Positions 38,329 through 48,606 of a stretch of 64,000 bases of DNA are shown in pieces. The first letter of the stretch is position 1, and the number at the start of each line of letters is the position of its first letter. A program made the position numbers and the translations under genes. Under the pieces are notes generated by a model. That model did no database searches. It was not told the DNA's origin and saw nothing but the letters and a program-made list of their open reading frames with translations. Source of the stretch: Muribaculum sp. (GTDB lineage: Bacteria > Bacteroidota > Bacteroidia > Bacteroidales > Muribaculaceae); NCBI GenBank assembly GCA_023664085.1, contig JAMPGE010000001.1, forward strand, positions 17,626-81,625, given 5' to 3'.

Positions 38329-39006
38329 ATGACTCTTAACTCTCATAATTTATATTATCACGGCTTTCTCCTTTTCCTGACCTTGCTGTGTGCTTCTCTC
38401 GCAGGAGGATGCCACAAGTCAAAATCAGAATCCAATTCCAACCCTTTCGTTTGCGGCAATTGGCAGATCGTGGGAAAATCTCCCGATTATTCTCAGACCG
38501 ATTCCCTCCTTTTCATCATCAATCCTTCCAAGGCCACTTCCCACGGATCTGCCTTCAACGGCATATACACTTCTTCCTACGTGGAGAATGATTCTTTAAG
38601 AGCCGTCCTGATCTACGATTCCATTTCCGGCTTCAGAATCATGATGCACAGGCTTGTGGCTGTTCACGTCAACCCCACGGAATTGCATATGATCGCCCGC
38701 TTGGACGGAGACACCGCTTCCCACCGATTCAGACTGGTGCTCGAACCATACAATTCAACAGTATATACAGTCGACGAGCGATCTTCTTTGGATTCTTTAG
38801 TAAGCACGGGTAAAAAAATTCTTTTTATCGCCTCCACTCCCGGAGGCGTCAACAATCCTGATGCCCAGGTTTATACCTTCTTCATCAATGCCGCTGGCTT
38901 CTTGCAGGCTCGCCAAGAGTGTAATATATTCTACAAACACCGTCCGGCTTCGCTCCAGCCCGACACCACTCCCAACCTCGAAGAAGACCTATTCGGCGCC
39001 TGGTAA
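38329..39006 (+). CDS. Hypothetical lipoprotein
   Basis: Hydrophobic signal ending LAGGC; no recognisable domain. Confidence 0.6.
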   Translation: MTLNSHNLYYHGFLLFLTLLCASLAGGCHKSKSESNSNPFVCGNWQIVGKSPDYSQTDSLLFIINPSKATSHGSAFNGIYTSSYVENDSLRAVLIYDSISGFRIMMHRLVAVHVNPTELHMIARLDGDTASHRFRLVLEPYNSTVYTVDERSSLDSLVSTGKKILFIASTPGGVNNPDAQVYTFFINAAGFLQARQECNIFYKHRPASLQPDTTPNLEEDLFGAW

Positions 39007-39064
39007 TCCTCTATTTTCAATACCAACAAAAAAACAGGCTTGGAATCTTCCCAAGCCTGCTTTG

Positions 39065-39136
39065 TATCCCCGTGGGGAGTCGAACCCCAATCGTCGGAAC
39101 CGGAATCCGAAATTCTATCCATTGAACTACGGAGAC
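39065..39136 (-). tRNA. tRNA-Arg (CCG)
   Basis: 72-nt cloverleaf: acceptor GTCTCCG/CGGGGAT, anticodon arm TCGGA-TTCCGGT-TCCGA, T-loop GTTCGAC; promoter TAACTTTG at 39151-39158. Confidence 0.96.
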
Positions 39137-39349
39137 TTTTTTTCTGAATGCAAAGTTAATAATTTTTCTCCATTCTCAAATATTTTGAATCGCTTTCAGT
39201 CATTTTTTCTCTCTTATCTCTCTTTTCCCCCTATTTGATGCCTCTCCTTGCCTTCTTCTCGTTTCTTTTTCTTAAATTTGTAGTCAGCTTCTCATTTCCG
39301 CAGCATATCCCTTGGTTTGTTGTGAGTCGCTTTATTAATTTGTTTTTAT

Positions 39350-40018
39350 ATGGATGTCAGAATTGAAGAAGGATGGAAAAAGGCACTCTCCTCAGAGTTT
39401 CAGAAAGAGTATTTCTCTGCTCTTACCCAAAGAATCCGATCTGAATACGCTTCTAAGGATTTCAACGTTTTCCCTCCGGCTTCTCAAATTTTCGCGGCTT
39501 TCGACGCCTCTCCTTTCTTCCTCACCAAAGTCGTAATCATCGGGCAGGACCCTTACCACGGTCCCGGGCAGGCCAACGGACTTTGCTTTTCCGTGGCTCC
39601 CGGCATTCAGATGCCTCCTTCCCTCATCAATATTTTCAAGGAAGTCTCTGCGGATACCGGAGCTCCTTTCCCCCCCGACGGCGATCTTTCCCGTTGGGCC
39701 CGACAAGGTGTGTTGCTTCTCAACACCACTCTCACCGTGCGCGAGCATTCCCCAAAATCCCACACCGGTTTGGGATGGGAAAGATTCACCGATGCCGCCG
39801 TGCAGGCACTGGCCTCACGCAAAGATAATATCGTCTTTCTTCTTTGGGGAGCCGATGCAATACGTAAAGGCGCCGCCATCGACCGCAACCGTCACCTTGT
39901 GCTTACTTCCCCGCATCCCTCTCCCCTCGCCGCTTACCGCGGATTCTTCGGCAACCATCATTTTTCCCGTGCGAATCAATATCTTGTAGACCACGGGCTT
40001 TCCCCCATTGCATGGTGA
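39350..40018 (+). CDS. ung: Uracil-DNA glycosylase
   Basis: GQDPYHG, GVLLLN and HPSPLAA. Confidence 0.98.
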   Translation: MDVRIEEGWKKALSSEFQKEYFSALTQRIRSEYASKDFNVFPPASQIFAAFDASPFFLTKVVIIGQDPYHGPGQANGLCFSVAPGIQMPPSLINIFKEVSADTGAPFPPDGDLSRWARQGVLLLNTTLTVREHSPKSHTGLGWERFTDAAVQALASRKDNIVFLLWGADAIRKGAAIDRNRHLVLTSPHPSPLAAYRGFFGNHHFSRANQYLVDHGLSPIAW

Positions 40019-40072
40019 CTTCTTTCTATCTCTCCTACCAATTTTTCTCAACCATTAACCCTTACTGACAAT

Positions 40073-40483
40073 ATGACTCTGGACCAAAGACTTACCTACA
40101 CTCTTTCATTACGCCGTCAAGGCTACAATTGCGCCCAAAGCGTTCTGATGGCTTTTTCAGATTTTACAGGCCTTAATCCCGACACGGCCGCAGCCGTCTC
40201 CTCTGCCCTTGGCACAGGCGTGGCAGCGTCCGGCAACATCTGCGGAGTGCCCAATGCCATTGCCATGGTTATCGGTACTCTTCATGGTGCTGACCCTGCC
40301 GCCAAAGTCGCTGCCACCGCCGAAGCGAAACCTCTGATTGAAGAATTCCAACGTCTTAACGACAACCGCATTCAATGCCGCGACCTCAAAGGCAAAGTCG
40401 GTATCCGGCCCTGCAACGATCTGGTGCTTCTCGGTGTGGAGATCCTTCATAAGCATCTTTCTTCAAAACAACCGCAACCCTAA
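40073..40483 (+). CDS. C-GCAxxG-C-C family putative redox protein
   Basis: GYNCAQSV, ICG, QCRDL and PC cysteine pattern. Confidence 0.85.
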   Translation: MTLDQRLTYTLSLRRQGYNCAQSVLMAFSDFTGLNPDTAAAVSSALGTGVAASGNICGVPNAIAMVIGTLHGADPAAKVAATAEAKPLIEEFQRLNDNRIQCRDLKGKVGIRPCNDLVLLGVEILHKHLSSKQPQP

Positions 40484-40506
40484 TATTCAATATCCATCCC
40501 TTTATA

Positions 40507-41763
40507 ATGCCACGTCTCTTTTTTATTTCACTCTTCTTAGCGATGTTTGCCCCTTTATGGGCTTTGGACACCGCCACTGCCATCTTTGATCCATCTTTCC
40601 GGTCCCTTAAGATGCAGAAGATGGATGCCTTTATGGACATCCCTTCCATCAGACTCGGCTCCTCTGAGAAAATCATTGTGAATTTCGACGAACTCTCGGA
40701 AGTCTGGTCCGAACTGCAATGCCGACTTATTCATTGCAACGCAGATTGGCAACCTTCCGCTCTGGTTGAATCCGAATTCGTGGCCGGCTTCAACTTAGCC
40801 GATATTTCCGACTACGCTTTCTCCTCCAACACTTTTATTCATTTCGTAAACTACCGGTTTGAAATCCCTTCTCCCGATCTTGAACCTCTCCGCGACGGTA
40901 ATTATCTTGCCCAGGTGTTCAGAAGAGACGATCCCGATTCAGTCATCCTCCAATTTCGATTTCAGGTTTATACCGGTTCCGCCCACATAGCCGGAAGTGC
41001 TTCCGGACGTACCGACAGGGGTATCAACGACCAGTGGCAACAACTTGATTTTCGCGTCTCATTCAATCCCAACGAGGTGCAAAACCCCTATCAGGATCTT
41101 TCCGTATACATCACTCAGAACGGCGATCCCAATTCCCGCCGGCGTATCGCACGCCCCCTCAGAGCGGAAGGCAACTCACTCGTATTTGAATCCTTGCCGG
41201 ACCTGATTTTCCCCGCCGGAAATGAATTCAGAAGATTCGAAACCGTTAGAACCGATTATCCCGGTCTCGGCGTGGATTCCGTTTCTTTCTCCGGGTCAAA
41301 TTACCACGCTTATCTGCAAAAGGCCGACGTGCGCGCTTCTCACCCGTATATTTACGACCAGACCCAGCACGGTCGATTCATAATTGATGAATATAACTCC
41401 ACCGACCCGGATCTCGGTGCCGACTACGTCACGGTACATTTCCTTCTCGATGCTCCCGAAATTATCGACGGCGACATCTTTGTCAACGGAGAATTCTCTC
41501 ATTTCAACCTCTCTGAGCCCTACCGCATGAAATACAGTTTTGACTCAGGGTTGTACCATCTCCAACTGCCGCTCAAACAGGGTTCCTACAATTATAGGTT
41601 CGTGGCTCTGCCACGCAACGCATCCGGTCCTTCCGACCCCTCCCCCATCGAAGGTAATTTTGCAGATACCCAGAACGAATACAACATCAGTGTCTTCCTC
41701 CGCACGCCCACTGCCAGAGCAGACCGTCTCGTAGGATCAGCCACTATCGTTTCCCATAGATAA
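40507..41763 (+). CDS. DUF5103 / T9SS plug-domain protein
   Basis: IHCNADWQPS, GNEFRRFE and LKQGSYNY. Confidence 0.82.
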   Translation: MPRLFFISLFLAMFAPLWALDTATAIFDPSFRSLKMQKMDAFMDIPSIRLGSSEKIIVNFDELSEVWSELQCRLIHCNADWQPSALVESEFVAGFNLADISDYAFSSNTFIHFVNYRFEIPSPDLEPLRDGNYLAQVFRRDDPDSVILQFRFQVYTGSAHIAGSASGRTDRGINDQWQQLDFRVSFNPNEVQNPYQDLSVYITQNGDPNSRRRIARPLRAEGNSLVFESLPDLIFPAGNEFRRFETVRTDYPGLGVDSVSFSGSNYHAYLQKADVRASHPYIYDQTQHGRFIIDEYNSTDPDLGADYVTVHFLLDAPEIIDGDIFVNGEFSHFNLSEPYRMKYSFDSGLYHLQLPLKQGSYNYRFVALPRNASGPSDPSPIEGNFADTQNEYNISVFLRTPTARADRLVGSATIVSHR

Positions 41764-41834
41764 ATTTTAACTGAAGAAATGAATTACCACCGATTACCAT
41801 CCTCAGATAATTCCTCTTTCATAATTCCTAATTC

Positions 41835-41981
41835 TAATGTCACCAAATTAGGAGCTGTCGGTGTAGCCTCGAAGAGGCGATATTCGTGGTTAACCCCAGG
41901 CTTTAGCCTGGGGACCAACAAGATAAGTAAGATGAGCCTCGAAGAGGCGATGTCGTGAAAACTCTTATTTTAGTGACATTA
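41835..41981. mobile_element. MITE copy 2 (147 bp) with perfect 10-bp target-site duplication
   Basis: TIRs as in copy 1; TTCCTAATTC directly on both sides (41825-34 and 41982-91). Confidence 0.85.
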
Positions 41982-42003
41982 TTCCTAATTCCTAATTCTT
42001 TAT

Positions 42004-42603
42004 ATGCATCAGATTAAAGATACTCTCGTCTCTCTCGACCTAGTGGAAAAATTCTTTCACTGCAATCTCGACGCCTGCCTCGGTGAATGCTGCATCGAAG
42101 GCGATGCCGGAGCTCCCCTCACTCCCGATGAAGACCGCAGACTTGCACTTCTTATGCCCCACATTCTCCCTCTTCTCTCTCCTCAAGCTCAAAAAGTAAT
42201 ATCCGAAGAGGGCCATTCCTACACCGATCCCGAAGGTGATCTGGTCACAAATATCGTGGATGGCGGCAACTGTGTATTCACTTGTATGGAACCCGGCGGT
42301 ATGTGCCTTTGCGCTCTCGAAAAAGCCCGCAGAAACGGTGACAATCGCTTTTTCAAACCTATCTCCTGCGCCCTTTATCCCGTCAGACTCAAAGAATACG
42401 ACGGTTTCACCGCCGTAAACCTTCACAAATGGAAGATCTGCCGTGCCGCCGAGGTCCTCGGTAAGGCCAAAGGAATTCGTGCTTATCAATTTCTCGAACA
42501 GCCCCTCACCCGTCGTTTCGGCAAGGAGTGGTATGATGAATTGAAAATTACGGCAGATGAATGGATCAAAAACATCAATTCCAATAAAAACGAAATGAGA
42601 TGA
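42004..42603 (+). CDS. DUF3109 family protein
   Basis: FHCNLDACLGECCIEGDAGAP and KPISCALYPVR. Confidence 0.88.
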   Translation: MHQIKDTLVSLDLVEKFFHCNLDACLGECCIEGDAGAPLTPDEDRRLALLMPHILPLLSPQAQKVISEEGHSYTDPEGDLVTNIVDGGNCVFTCMEPGGMCLCALEKARRNGDNRFFKPISCALYPVRLKEYDGFTAVNLHKWKICRAAEVLGKAKGIRAYQFLEQPLTRRFGKEWYDELKITADEWIKNINSNKNEMR

Positions 42604-42727
42604 TTTCACAATCATCTCATACTCTTAGGCTTAACTAAATAAATTCTTACATGCTAGGCTCATAGGATAGCTTTACACTGCAAAGTAAATAAAAATTTTT
42701 GACATAGCAATATTCTCACCGATTTTT

Positions 42728-43801
42728 ATGAACGATATTCTCCCGTTTCTTCCAGATTCCCTGATGTTGCCCCGCCCTCTGGTCATCGCCGGCCCCTGCA
42801 GCGCTGAGTCCGAACAGCAGGTTTTAAACACCGCGTCCGCCCTCTCTCAAATCGGTGTGAAAGTTTTTCGGGCCGGTGTCTGGAAACCACGCACTATGCC
42901 CGGTGGTTTTGAAGGCGTCGGGGCTATAGCATTGCCCTGGCTTGTGAAAGTAAAGCAACTCACCGGGATGCTTGTGGCTACGGAAGTGGCAAATAAAGCT
43001 CACGTAGATTTGGCCCTTGAAGCCGGAATCGACATTCTTTGGATCGGTGCCCGCACTTCCGCAAATCCATTTGCCGTTCAGGAAATCGCCGATGCAATTC
43101 AATATCACGACATTGATATCCCTGTGCTTGTAAAGAACCCGGTCAGTCCGGACCTTGACCTCTGGATCGGATCTATTCGGCGTCTTTACAATGCCGGTCT
43201 GCGACACATTGGTGCCGTTCACCGTGGGTTCTCGGCTTTCGGCTCTCACCTTTACCGCAACATACCCGAATGGCAGATCCCCATCGAATTTCATCGACGC
43301 TTCCCTCACATTTCCCTGATTTGCGACCCAAGCCACATCGGTGGCAACGCTGACCTTATCGAGCCTTTAGCCCAGCAAGCTCTCGACATGGGCTTCAACG
43401 GCCTGATTATTGAATCTCACTGCAATCCCCCTTCCGCACTCAGCGACAGCCGTCAACAAATCACCCCCGAACAGCTCCATCGGATTCTTTCAAACCTTAT
43501 TCTGAGGGATTCTTCCGTCACTACCGAAACTCTCGAGTCTCTTAGAGCTGAAATCGACAAAATAGATAACGATATCATTCAACTTATTGCCCGCAGAATG
43601 GACGTGGCTAAAGATATTGCCGTATTTAAGAAAGAGCACGATATGTCAGTAGTTCAGATCAACCGTCATGATGAAATTATGAAGGACCGCATCCACTCCG
43701 CTCAATCCCTTGGTCTATCTCCCGAATTTATGAAGAGAGTCCTCTCTGCTCTGCATTGTGAATCCGTAAGGCAACAATTGTCCGTCATCAACAATTCTTA
43801 G
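42728..43801 (+). CDS. Bifunctional DAHP synthase / chorismate mutase type II
   Basis: IAGPCSAES, RAGVWKPRT, WIGAR and DPSHIGG; C-terminal LR.EID.ID..II..IA.RM domain. Confidence 0.92.
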   Translation: MNDILPFLPDSLMLPRPLVIAGPCSAESEQQVLNTASALSQIGVKVFRAGVWKPRTMPGGFEGVGAIALPWLVKVKQLTGMLVATEVANKAHVDLALEAGIDILWIGARTSANPFAVQEIADAIQYHDIDIPVLVKNPVSPDLDLWIGSIRRLYNAGLRHIGAVHRGFSAFGSHLYRNIPEWQIPIEFHRRFPHISLICDPSHIGGNADLIEPLAQQALDMGFNGLIIESHCNPPSALSDSRQQITPEQLHRILSNLILRDSSVTTETLESLRAEIDKIDNDIIQLIARRMDVAKDIAVFKKEHDMSVVQINRHDEIMKDRIHSAQSLGLSPEFMKRVLSALHCESVRQQLSVINNS

Positions 43802-43825
43802 CGACTCTTTTTGGCATCCAAAACT

Positions 43826-43843
43826 TAATGTCACCAAATTAAG
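43826..43843. mobile_element. Solo terminal repeat of the MITE family
   Basis: TAATGTCACCAAATTAAG between convergent genes. Confidence 0.55.
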
Positions 43844-43869
43844 GCCCCGACTCATAAAAACGGCTGAAA

Positions 43870-45324
43870 TCATAATATCGGGCTGAGTAGTCGCACTATC
43901 GACTCCGTGAGCCTTGTTATTAACGGACGCTTTCGCCACTGTGCCAACGTAAGCTTCCTGCATTTGGCAAGATCCCCGAAAAATATATCACGGCATTTTG
44001 AATTAAAATCCTTGTCGTAGACCAACAGGTTGCATTCAAAATTATTCTCAAAACTACGGAAATCAAAATTAGTGGAACCGACTGTAGCAAGTCCGTCATC
44101 GATAATCATCATCTTGGAGTGGAGCATTCCCGGCTCGTATATATACACTTTGATACCTGCCTTCAGACACAGTGTGATATAAGAATGCGTGGCATACTCC
44201 AGCATCCGCGAATCGGACTTTCCGGGTATCATGATTCGCACATCTATCTTTGCCATGGCTGCAGACTCTAAGGCATGCAGCAGCGCATCTGTAGGAAGAA
44301 AATAGGGCGTTTGTATATAAATCGATTTTGAGGCACTTCCTATCAATCGCAGGAAAACCAACGAGAGATTGTCCCATGTATTGGTCGGGCCGGATCCCAC
44401 AAGCTGCATCCCTAATTTGTTGCATAGTACACTCTCTTCGTAATCATAGTCCAAGGGTGCCACACTCTTGTTGAGAAAGAACCAATCCACTGCAAAACTA
44501 AACAGCAACGATTCCACTATATCTCCCTCCAAACGGAAATGAGTGTCTCGCCAGACTTTCCCTTCCGACTCCGACCGCGCATATCGATCCGCTATGTTCA
44601 TCCCTCCTATATAACCGATTTTATTATCAATAACAACGATTTTACGATGGTTACGCCAATTTATCCTGTTCGCAAGTTGGGGAAACGTTACCCTGAAAAA
44701 AGGATGCAACTCCACTCCCCCATTTTTCATTCTTTTGAAAAATGCACTTGATGTAGAGAAGCTTCCCACGTGGTCATATATCACCCGCACCTCTACTCCT
44801 GCCGCGGCCTTCGCTATAAGTATATCCGCTATTTGATTTCCTATATTGTCATCGCTGAAGATATAATATTGAAGATAGATAGATCGCTCTGCTTTCTTAA
44901 GATCTCTTATCAACGATGCAAACTTTTCAGACCCTGTTGTGAAAATTTCCACATTATTGTTCACCGTAAGTGGAGTTCCACACAAAGTTCCCACCATCTT
45001 TACCATTGCCTTTTGTTGAGAATCCAAATCCAAATTCTCTAATTTTGCTTTATGGCTTGAGGTTCTGGTCATCAGTTTACGCCGGTTGTGGCGTGATATC
45101 AAATGAATTCCTTTCAGACTTCTGCCAAAAAACAAATAGAAAACAAAACCCACCACTGGCAAAAAGGTCAAAGCTATCACCCATGCCAACGTGCGGATCG
45201 GATTTCTGTTTTCGCGCATCACAACGATCACACTCGTAATGATGACAAGTATGTAGACCACAGTTATCAATACAGTGATCAAATAAGAAAAATAATTTCC
45301 CCCGACATTGAGCAATAAATTCAT
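43870..45324 (-). CDS. cls: Cardiolipin synthase
   Basis: Two HKD motifs (NHRKIVVID, LHSKMMIID); N-terminal TM helices. Confidence 0.96.
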   Translation of the reverse strand: MNLLLNVGGNYFSYLITVLITVVYILVIITSVIVVMRENRNPIRTLAWVIALTFLPVVGFVFYLFFGRSLKGIHLISRHNRRKLMTRTSSHKAKLENLDLDSQQKAMVKMVGTLCGTPLTVNNNVEIFTTGSEKFASLIRDLKKAERSIYLQYYIFSDDNIGNQIADILIAKAAAGVEVRVIYDHVGSFSTSSAFFKRMKNGGVELHPFFRVTFPQLANRINWRNHRKIVVIDNKIGYIGGMNIADRYARSESEGKVWRDTHFRLEGDIVESLLFSFAVDWFFLNKSVAPLDYDYEESVLCNKLGMQLVGSGPTNTWDNLSLVFLRLIGSASKSIYIQTPYFLPTDALLHALESAAMAKIDVRIMIPGKSDSRMLEYATHSYITLCLKAGIKVYIYEPGMLHSKMMIIDDGLATVGSTNFDFRSFENNFECNLLVYDKDFNSKCRDIFFGDLAKCRKLTLAQWRKRPLITRLTESIVRLLSPIL

Positions 45325-45491
45325 CGGCCTTATCCTTTACAATAATTCGAAAGAAACGAACCATTGTTATCATAAACCCAAAATTATACAATTTTATCTA
45401 CATATCATAATTTCTGCAAACAAACATCTATAAATTATCAATAACAATCAAAAATAAGACAGACTTGAAAATTTCCGGCTAAATCATGATA

Positions 45492-45745
45492 AACCTGGAT
45501 TTATCCGTATTAATCGATATGTATCGTGATCAATCGAGACAATCGAGATGTATCGTGATTTATTGAAATAATCGAGATGTAACGTGATCAATCGAGATAA
45601 TCGAGATGTATCCGGATTAATCGAGATAATCGAAATGTATCGTGATTTATCCCGACTAATCGAGATATATCTGGATCAATCGAGATAATCAATATGTATC
45701 GGGATTTATCCGTTTAATCGAGATATATCCGGCTTAACCGGGATT
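45492..45745. repeat. Degenerate 9-10 bp tandem array (WATCGWGAT) with 29-bp higher-order unit, about 26 monomers
   Basis: AATCGAGAT-G-TATCGTGAT-C-AATCGAGAT repeated. Confidence 0.92.
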
Positions 45746-45772
45746 TTTACGTATAAATCCAATCAAAAACAA

Positions 45773-45803
45773 TGACCGTCAAAGCACAATGCTTCGACGG
45801 TCA
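45773..45803 (-). terminator. Hairpin at the 3' end of the alpha operon
   Basis: TGACCGTC/GACGGTCA stem with inner AAGCA/TGCTT. Confidence 0.65.
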
Positions 45804-45860
45804 AGTTAGTGGAAGTCCATGTAGGAATTCCCACATGGCCTTTTGTCGTGAGAGGGGGGA

Positions 45861-46364
45861 TTATTCTGCTTTTTCCTCAGCGGGAGCCTCCGCAGCTGTT
45901 GCTTCCGCAGCAGGTGCATCTGCCTTGGCAGCGGCCGATTTGCGACGTCCGCCGCGGCGGGTTGCTTTCTTCTTCTTGCCTTCTCCCTTAGCTTCAAGAG
46001 CGGCTTCGTTGAAGTCTACAAACTCGATCATGGCCATTTCCGCATTGTCGCCAAGACGGTGAGTTGTCTTGATGATGCGAAGATAGCCGCCGGGGCGTTC
46101 GGCAATTTTGTCGGAGATTGTGCCGAAAAGCTCTTTGACAGCTTCCTTGTTCTGAAGATAACTGAAGACGATACGACGATTGGTGGTGTCGTCTTTTTTT
46201 GCCCGGGTGATGATGGGCTCGGCATATGTGCGGAGTGCTTTTGCCTTGGCCAGGGTCGTGAATATTCTCTTATGCAGGATAAGAGAGATGGTCAGATTGC
46301 TGAGAAGTGCCTCGCGATGGGCTTTCTTACGACCGAGGTGATTGAATTTCTTATTATGTCTCAT
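45861..46364 (-). CDS. rplQ: 50S ribosomal protein L17
   Basis: [12 protein letters not shown]...[10 protein letters not shown]; Ala/Glu-rich tail. Confidence 0.98.
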   Translation of the reverse strand: MRHNKKFNHLGRKKAHREALLSNLTISLILHKRIFTTLAKAKALRTYAEPIITRAKKDDTTNRRIVFSYLQNKEAVKELFGTISDKIAERPGGYLRIIKTTHRLGDNAEMAMIEFVDFNEAALEAKGEGKKKKATRRGGRRKSAAAKADAPAAEATAAEAPAEEKAE

Positions 46365-46370
46365 CGCTGT

Positions 46371-47369
46371 TTATTCTTTGTCTAATTTGTACTTGGAGAT
46401 GTCCATTCCGAAGGATAGATTCTGACTGGCAAGCAACTCATCGAGTTCGTTGAGCGATTTGCGTCCGAAGTTGCGGAATTTAAGCAAATCGTTCTTGTTA
46501 AACACTACGAGTTCGCCAAGTGTCTCTACTTCTGCGCTCTTCAGGCAATTGAGGGCTCGCACTGAAAGATCCATATCCACCAGCTTGGTTTTAAGAAGCT
46601 GACGCATGTGGAGGGCTTCCTCATCGAATTCCTCGGTCTGTTCGGCCTCAGGTACTTCGATGGCGATTTTCTCATCTGAGAAGAGCATGAAATGCTGTAT
46701 AAGTATCTTGGCTGCTTCCTTAAGAGCATCCTGTGGAAGTATAGAGCCATCGGTGATTACTTCAATCAGAAGTTTCTCGAAGTCTGTCTGCTGCTCTACG
46801 CGGAAATTCTCTACCGAGTATTTCACGTTTTTTATCGGAGTATAGATGGAGTCGATCGCTATCAGACCGGGGTCTTCCGTGCCGAGCATTTCTCGGTTTT
46901 CATCCGCCGGTACCCATCCGCGTCCCTTGTTGATGATAAACTCCATTTTGAAGCTGGCGCTTTCATCAAGATGACAGATCTCAAGTTCGGGGTTCAAAAC
47001 CTCGAAACCGGTGAGCACTTTACCGAGATCTCCGGCTTTGAACACATCTGTGCCAGAGACAGTGACCACGTTCTTTTCCGTGTCGCTGTCTGTAGTCAGA
47101 TGCTTGAAGCGAACTTGCTTCAGGTTCAGGATGATGTTGGTCACATCTTCCTTTACGCCGGGTATTGTGTCAAGTTCGTGCGCTACTCCGTCTATCTTTA
47201 TTGCACATATAGCGTAGCCCTCAAGTGATGAGAGCAGGATACGACGCATTGCGTTGCCGATCGTCTGGCCGTAGCCGGGCTCCAACGGACGAAACTCAAA
47301 CTTGCCGAACTTATTGTCGGCTTCAAGCATGATGACCTTTTCAGGCTTTTGAAATGCTAAAATAGCCAT
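46371..47369 (-). CDS. rpoA: RNA polymerase alpha subunit
   Basis: [21 protein letters not shown]; alpha-[12 protein letters not shown] and RNFGRKSL. Confidence 0.99.
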   Translation of the reverse strand: MAILAFQKPEKVIMLEADNKFGKFEFRPLEPGYGQTIGNAMRRILLSSLEGYAICAIKIDGVAHELDTIPGVKEDVTNIILNLKQVRFKHLTTDSDTEKNVVTVSGTDVFKAGDLGKVLTGFEVLNPELEICHLDESASFKMEFIINKGRGWVPADENREMLGTEDPGLIAIDSIYTPIKNVKYSVENFRVEQQTDFEKLLIEVITDGSILPQDALKEAAKILIQHFMLFSDEKIAIEVPEAEQTEEFDEEALHMRQLLKTKLVDMDLSVRALNCLKSAEVETLGELVVFNKNDLLKFRNFGRKSLNELDELLASQNLSFGMDISKYKLDKE

Positions 47370-47387
47370 TATGATCTCTATTGGTGA

Positions 47388-47993
47388 TTATTTAGAATAC
47401 AACTCGACGATGGACTGTTCCTTGATGTTTTCCGGAATATCTTCGCGGGTAGGTACATGAAGGAATTTGCCTCCCTTGATAGTCTCATCCCATTCGATCC
47501 AGGGATACTTGGAGTGGTTGAAGCCTGCAAGGCAGTCGGCAATCACTTCCAGAGATTTTGAACGTTCACGCACTGTCACTACATCGCCGGGCATTACCTG
47601 ATAGCTTGCTATATTTACTACCTTGCCGTTTACGCAGATGTGTTTGTGGAGTACGAGCTGACGGGCTGCCGGACGACTCTTGGCCAAGCCCAGACGGTAT
47701 ACTACGTTGTCCAGACGGCTTTCAAGAAGCTGAAGAAGTACTTCACCGGTAATGCCTTTTGAGCGGGCTGCTTTATCGAAGAGATTACGGAACTGACGCT
47801 CCAACACTCCGTAAGTATATTTGGCTTTCTGCTTCTCCATAAGCATAAGTCCATACTCGGATGTTTTACGGCGACGGTTGCCGCCATGCTGGCCGGGAGG
47901 ATTCTGTCTGCGTGCCAGTACCTTGTCTTCACCGAAAATGGGCTCGCCGAATTTGCGAGCTATTCTTGTTTTGGGGCCTGTATATCTTGCCAT
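47388..47993 (-). CDS. rpsD: 30S ribosomal protein S4
   Basis: MARYTGPK...[13 protein letters not shown]. Confidence 0.99.
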   Translation of the reverse strand: MARYTGPKTRIARKFGEPIFGEDKVLARRQNPPGQHGGNRRRKTSEYGLMLMEKQKAKYTYGVLERQFRNLFDKAARSKGITGEVLLQLLESRLDNVVYRLGLAKSRPAARQLVLHKHICVNGKVVNIASYQVMPGDVVTVRERSKSLEVIADCLAGFNHSKYPWIEWDETIKGGKFLHVPTREDIPENIKEQSIVELYSK

Positions 47994-48206
47994 TTTTTGT
48001 TGTAATGTGTTTGTAGGTCGATATTATAACTTTATAGACGGTATCACTCTTAGCGCAGCCGCGACTGTCGAGAGGTAGATTCTTGGGGCACGTCTCGCGA
48101 TGTGCCGCCGACAGCCTTTTTTCGCATTCAAATGACCGTATCCATGCGTTTGTATATCTACCGTAAGATTGAATTTGTCTGTTGATTCCTTTTCCTAGAT
48201 TTTTTA
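47994..48206 (-). promoter_or_regulatory. Structured rpsK-rpsD spacer, candidate S4-type leader
   Basis: 213-nt spacer with nested stems 48038-43/48159-64, 48065-70/48109-14 and 48087-91/48102-06. Confidence 0.5.
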
Positions 48207-48596
48207 TCAGACTCTTCTTCTCTTGGGAGGACGGCATCCGTTGTGCGGAAGCGGAGTTACGTCTACGATCTCCGTCACCTCTATACCGGCGCCGTGCACT
48301 GTACGGATTGCTGATTCGCGGCCGTTACCCGGACCCTTTACGTATGCTTTTACCTTACGTAGCCCAAGATCATAGGCTACCTTGGCGCAATCCTGTGCTG
48401 CCATCTGAGCGGCATACGGCGTGTTCTTTTTAGATCCACGGAAGCCCATCTTGCCGGCGGAAGACCAGGAGATAACCTGACCCTCGCTGTTGGCCAGGCA
48501 CACAATGATGTTGTTGAAGGAGCTATGTACGTGAAGCTGACCCATTGCGTCAACCTTGACATTTCTCTTCTTAGCTGCGACTGTCTTTTTTGCCAT
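48207..48596 (-). CDS. rpsK: 30S ribosomal protein S11
   Basis: [18 protein letters not shown] and [13 protein letters not shown]. Confidence 0.99.
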   Translation of the reverse strand: MAKKTVAAKKRNVKVDAMGQLHVHSSFNNIIVCLANSEGQVISWSSAGKMGFRGSKKNTPYAAQMAAQDCAKVAYDLGLRKVKAYVKGPGNGRESAIRTVHGAGIEVTEIVDVTPLPHNGCRPPKRRRV

Positions 48597-48606
48597 TGTT
48601 TAGTTA

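Noticed and set aside
38329-39136. tRNA-Arg as an island integration site
   Set aside because: No integrase and no duplicated tRNA 3' end seen; only one hypothetical gene is adjacent
45492-45745. Possible CRISPR array
   Set aside because: Contiguous degenerate 9-10 bp monomers, no unique spacers, no cas genes nearby
45861-45980. Ala/Glu/Lys-rich tail of L17
   Set aside because: Common in Bacteroidetes L17
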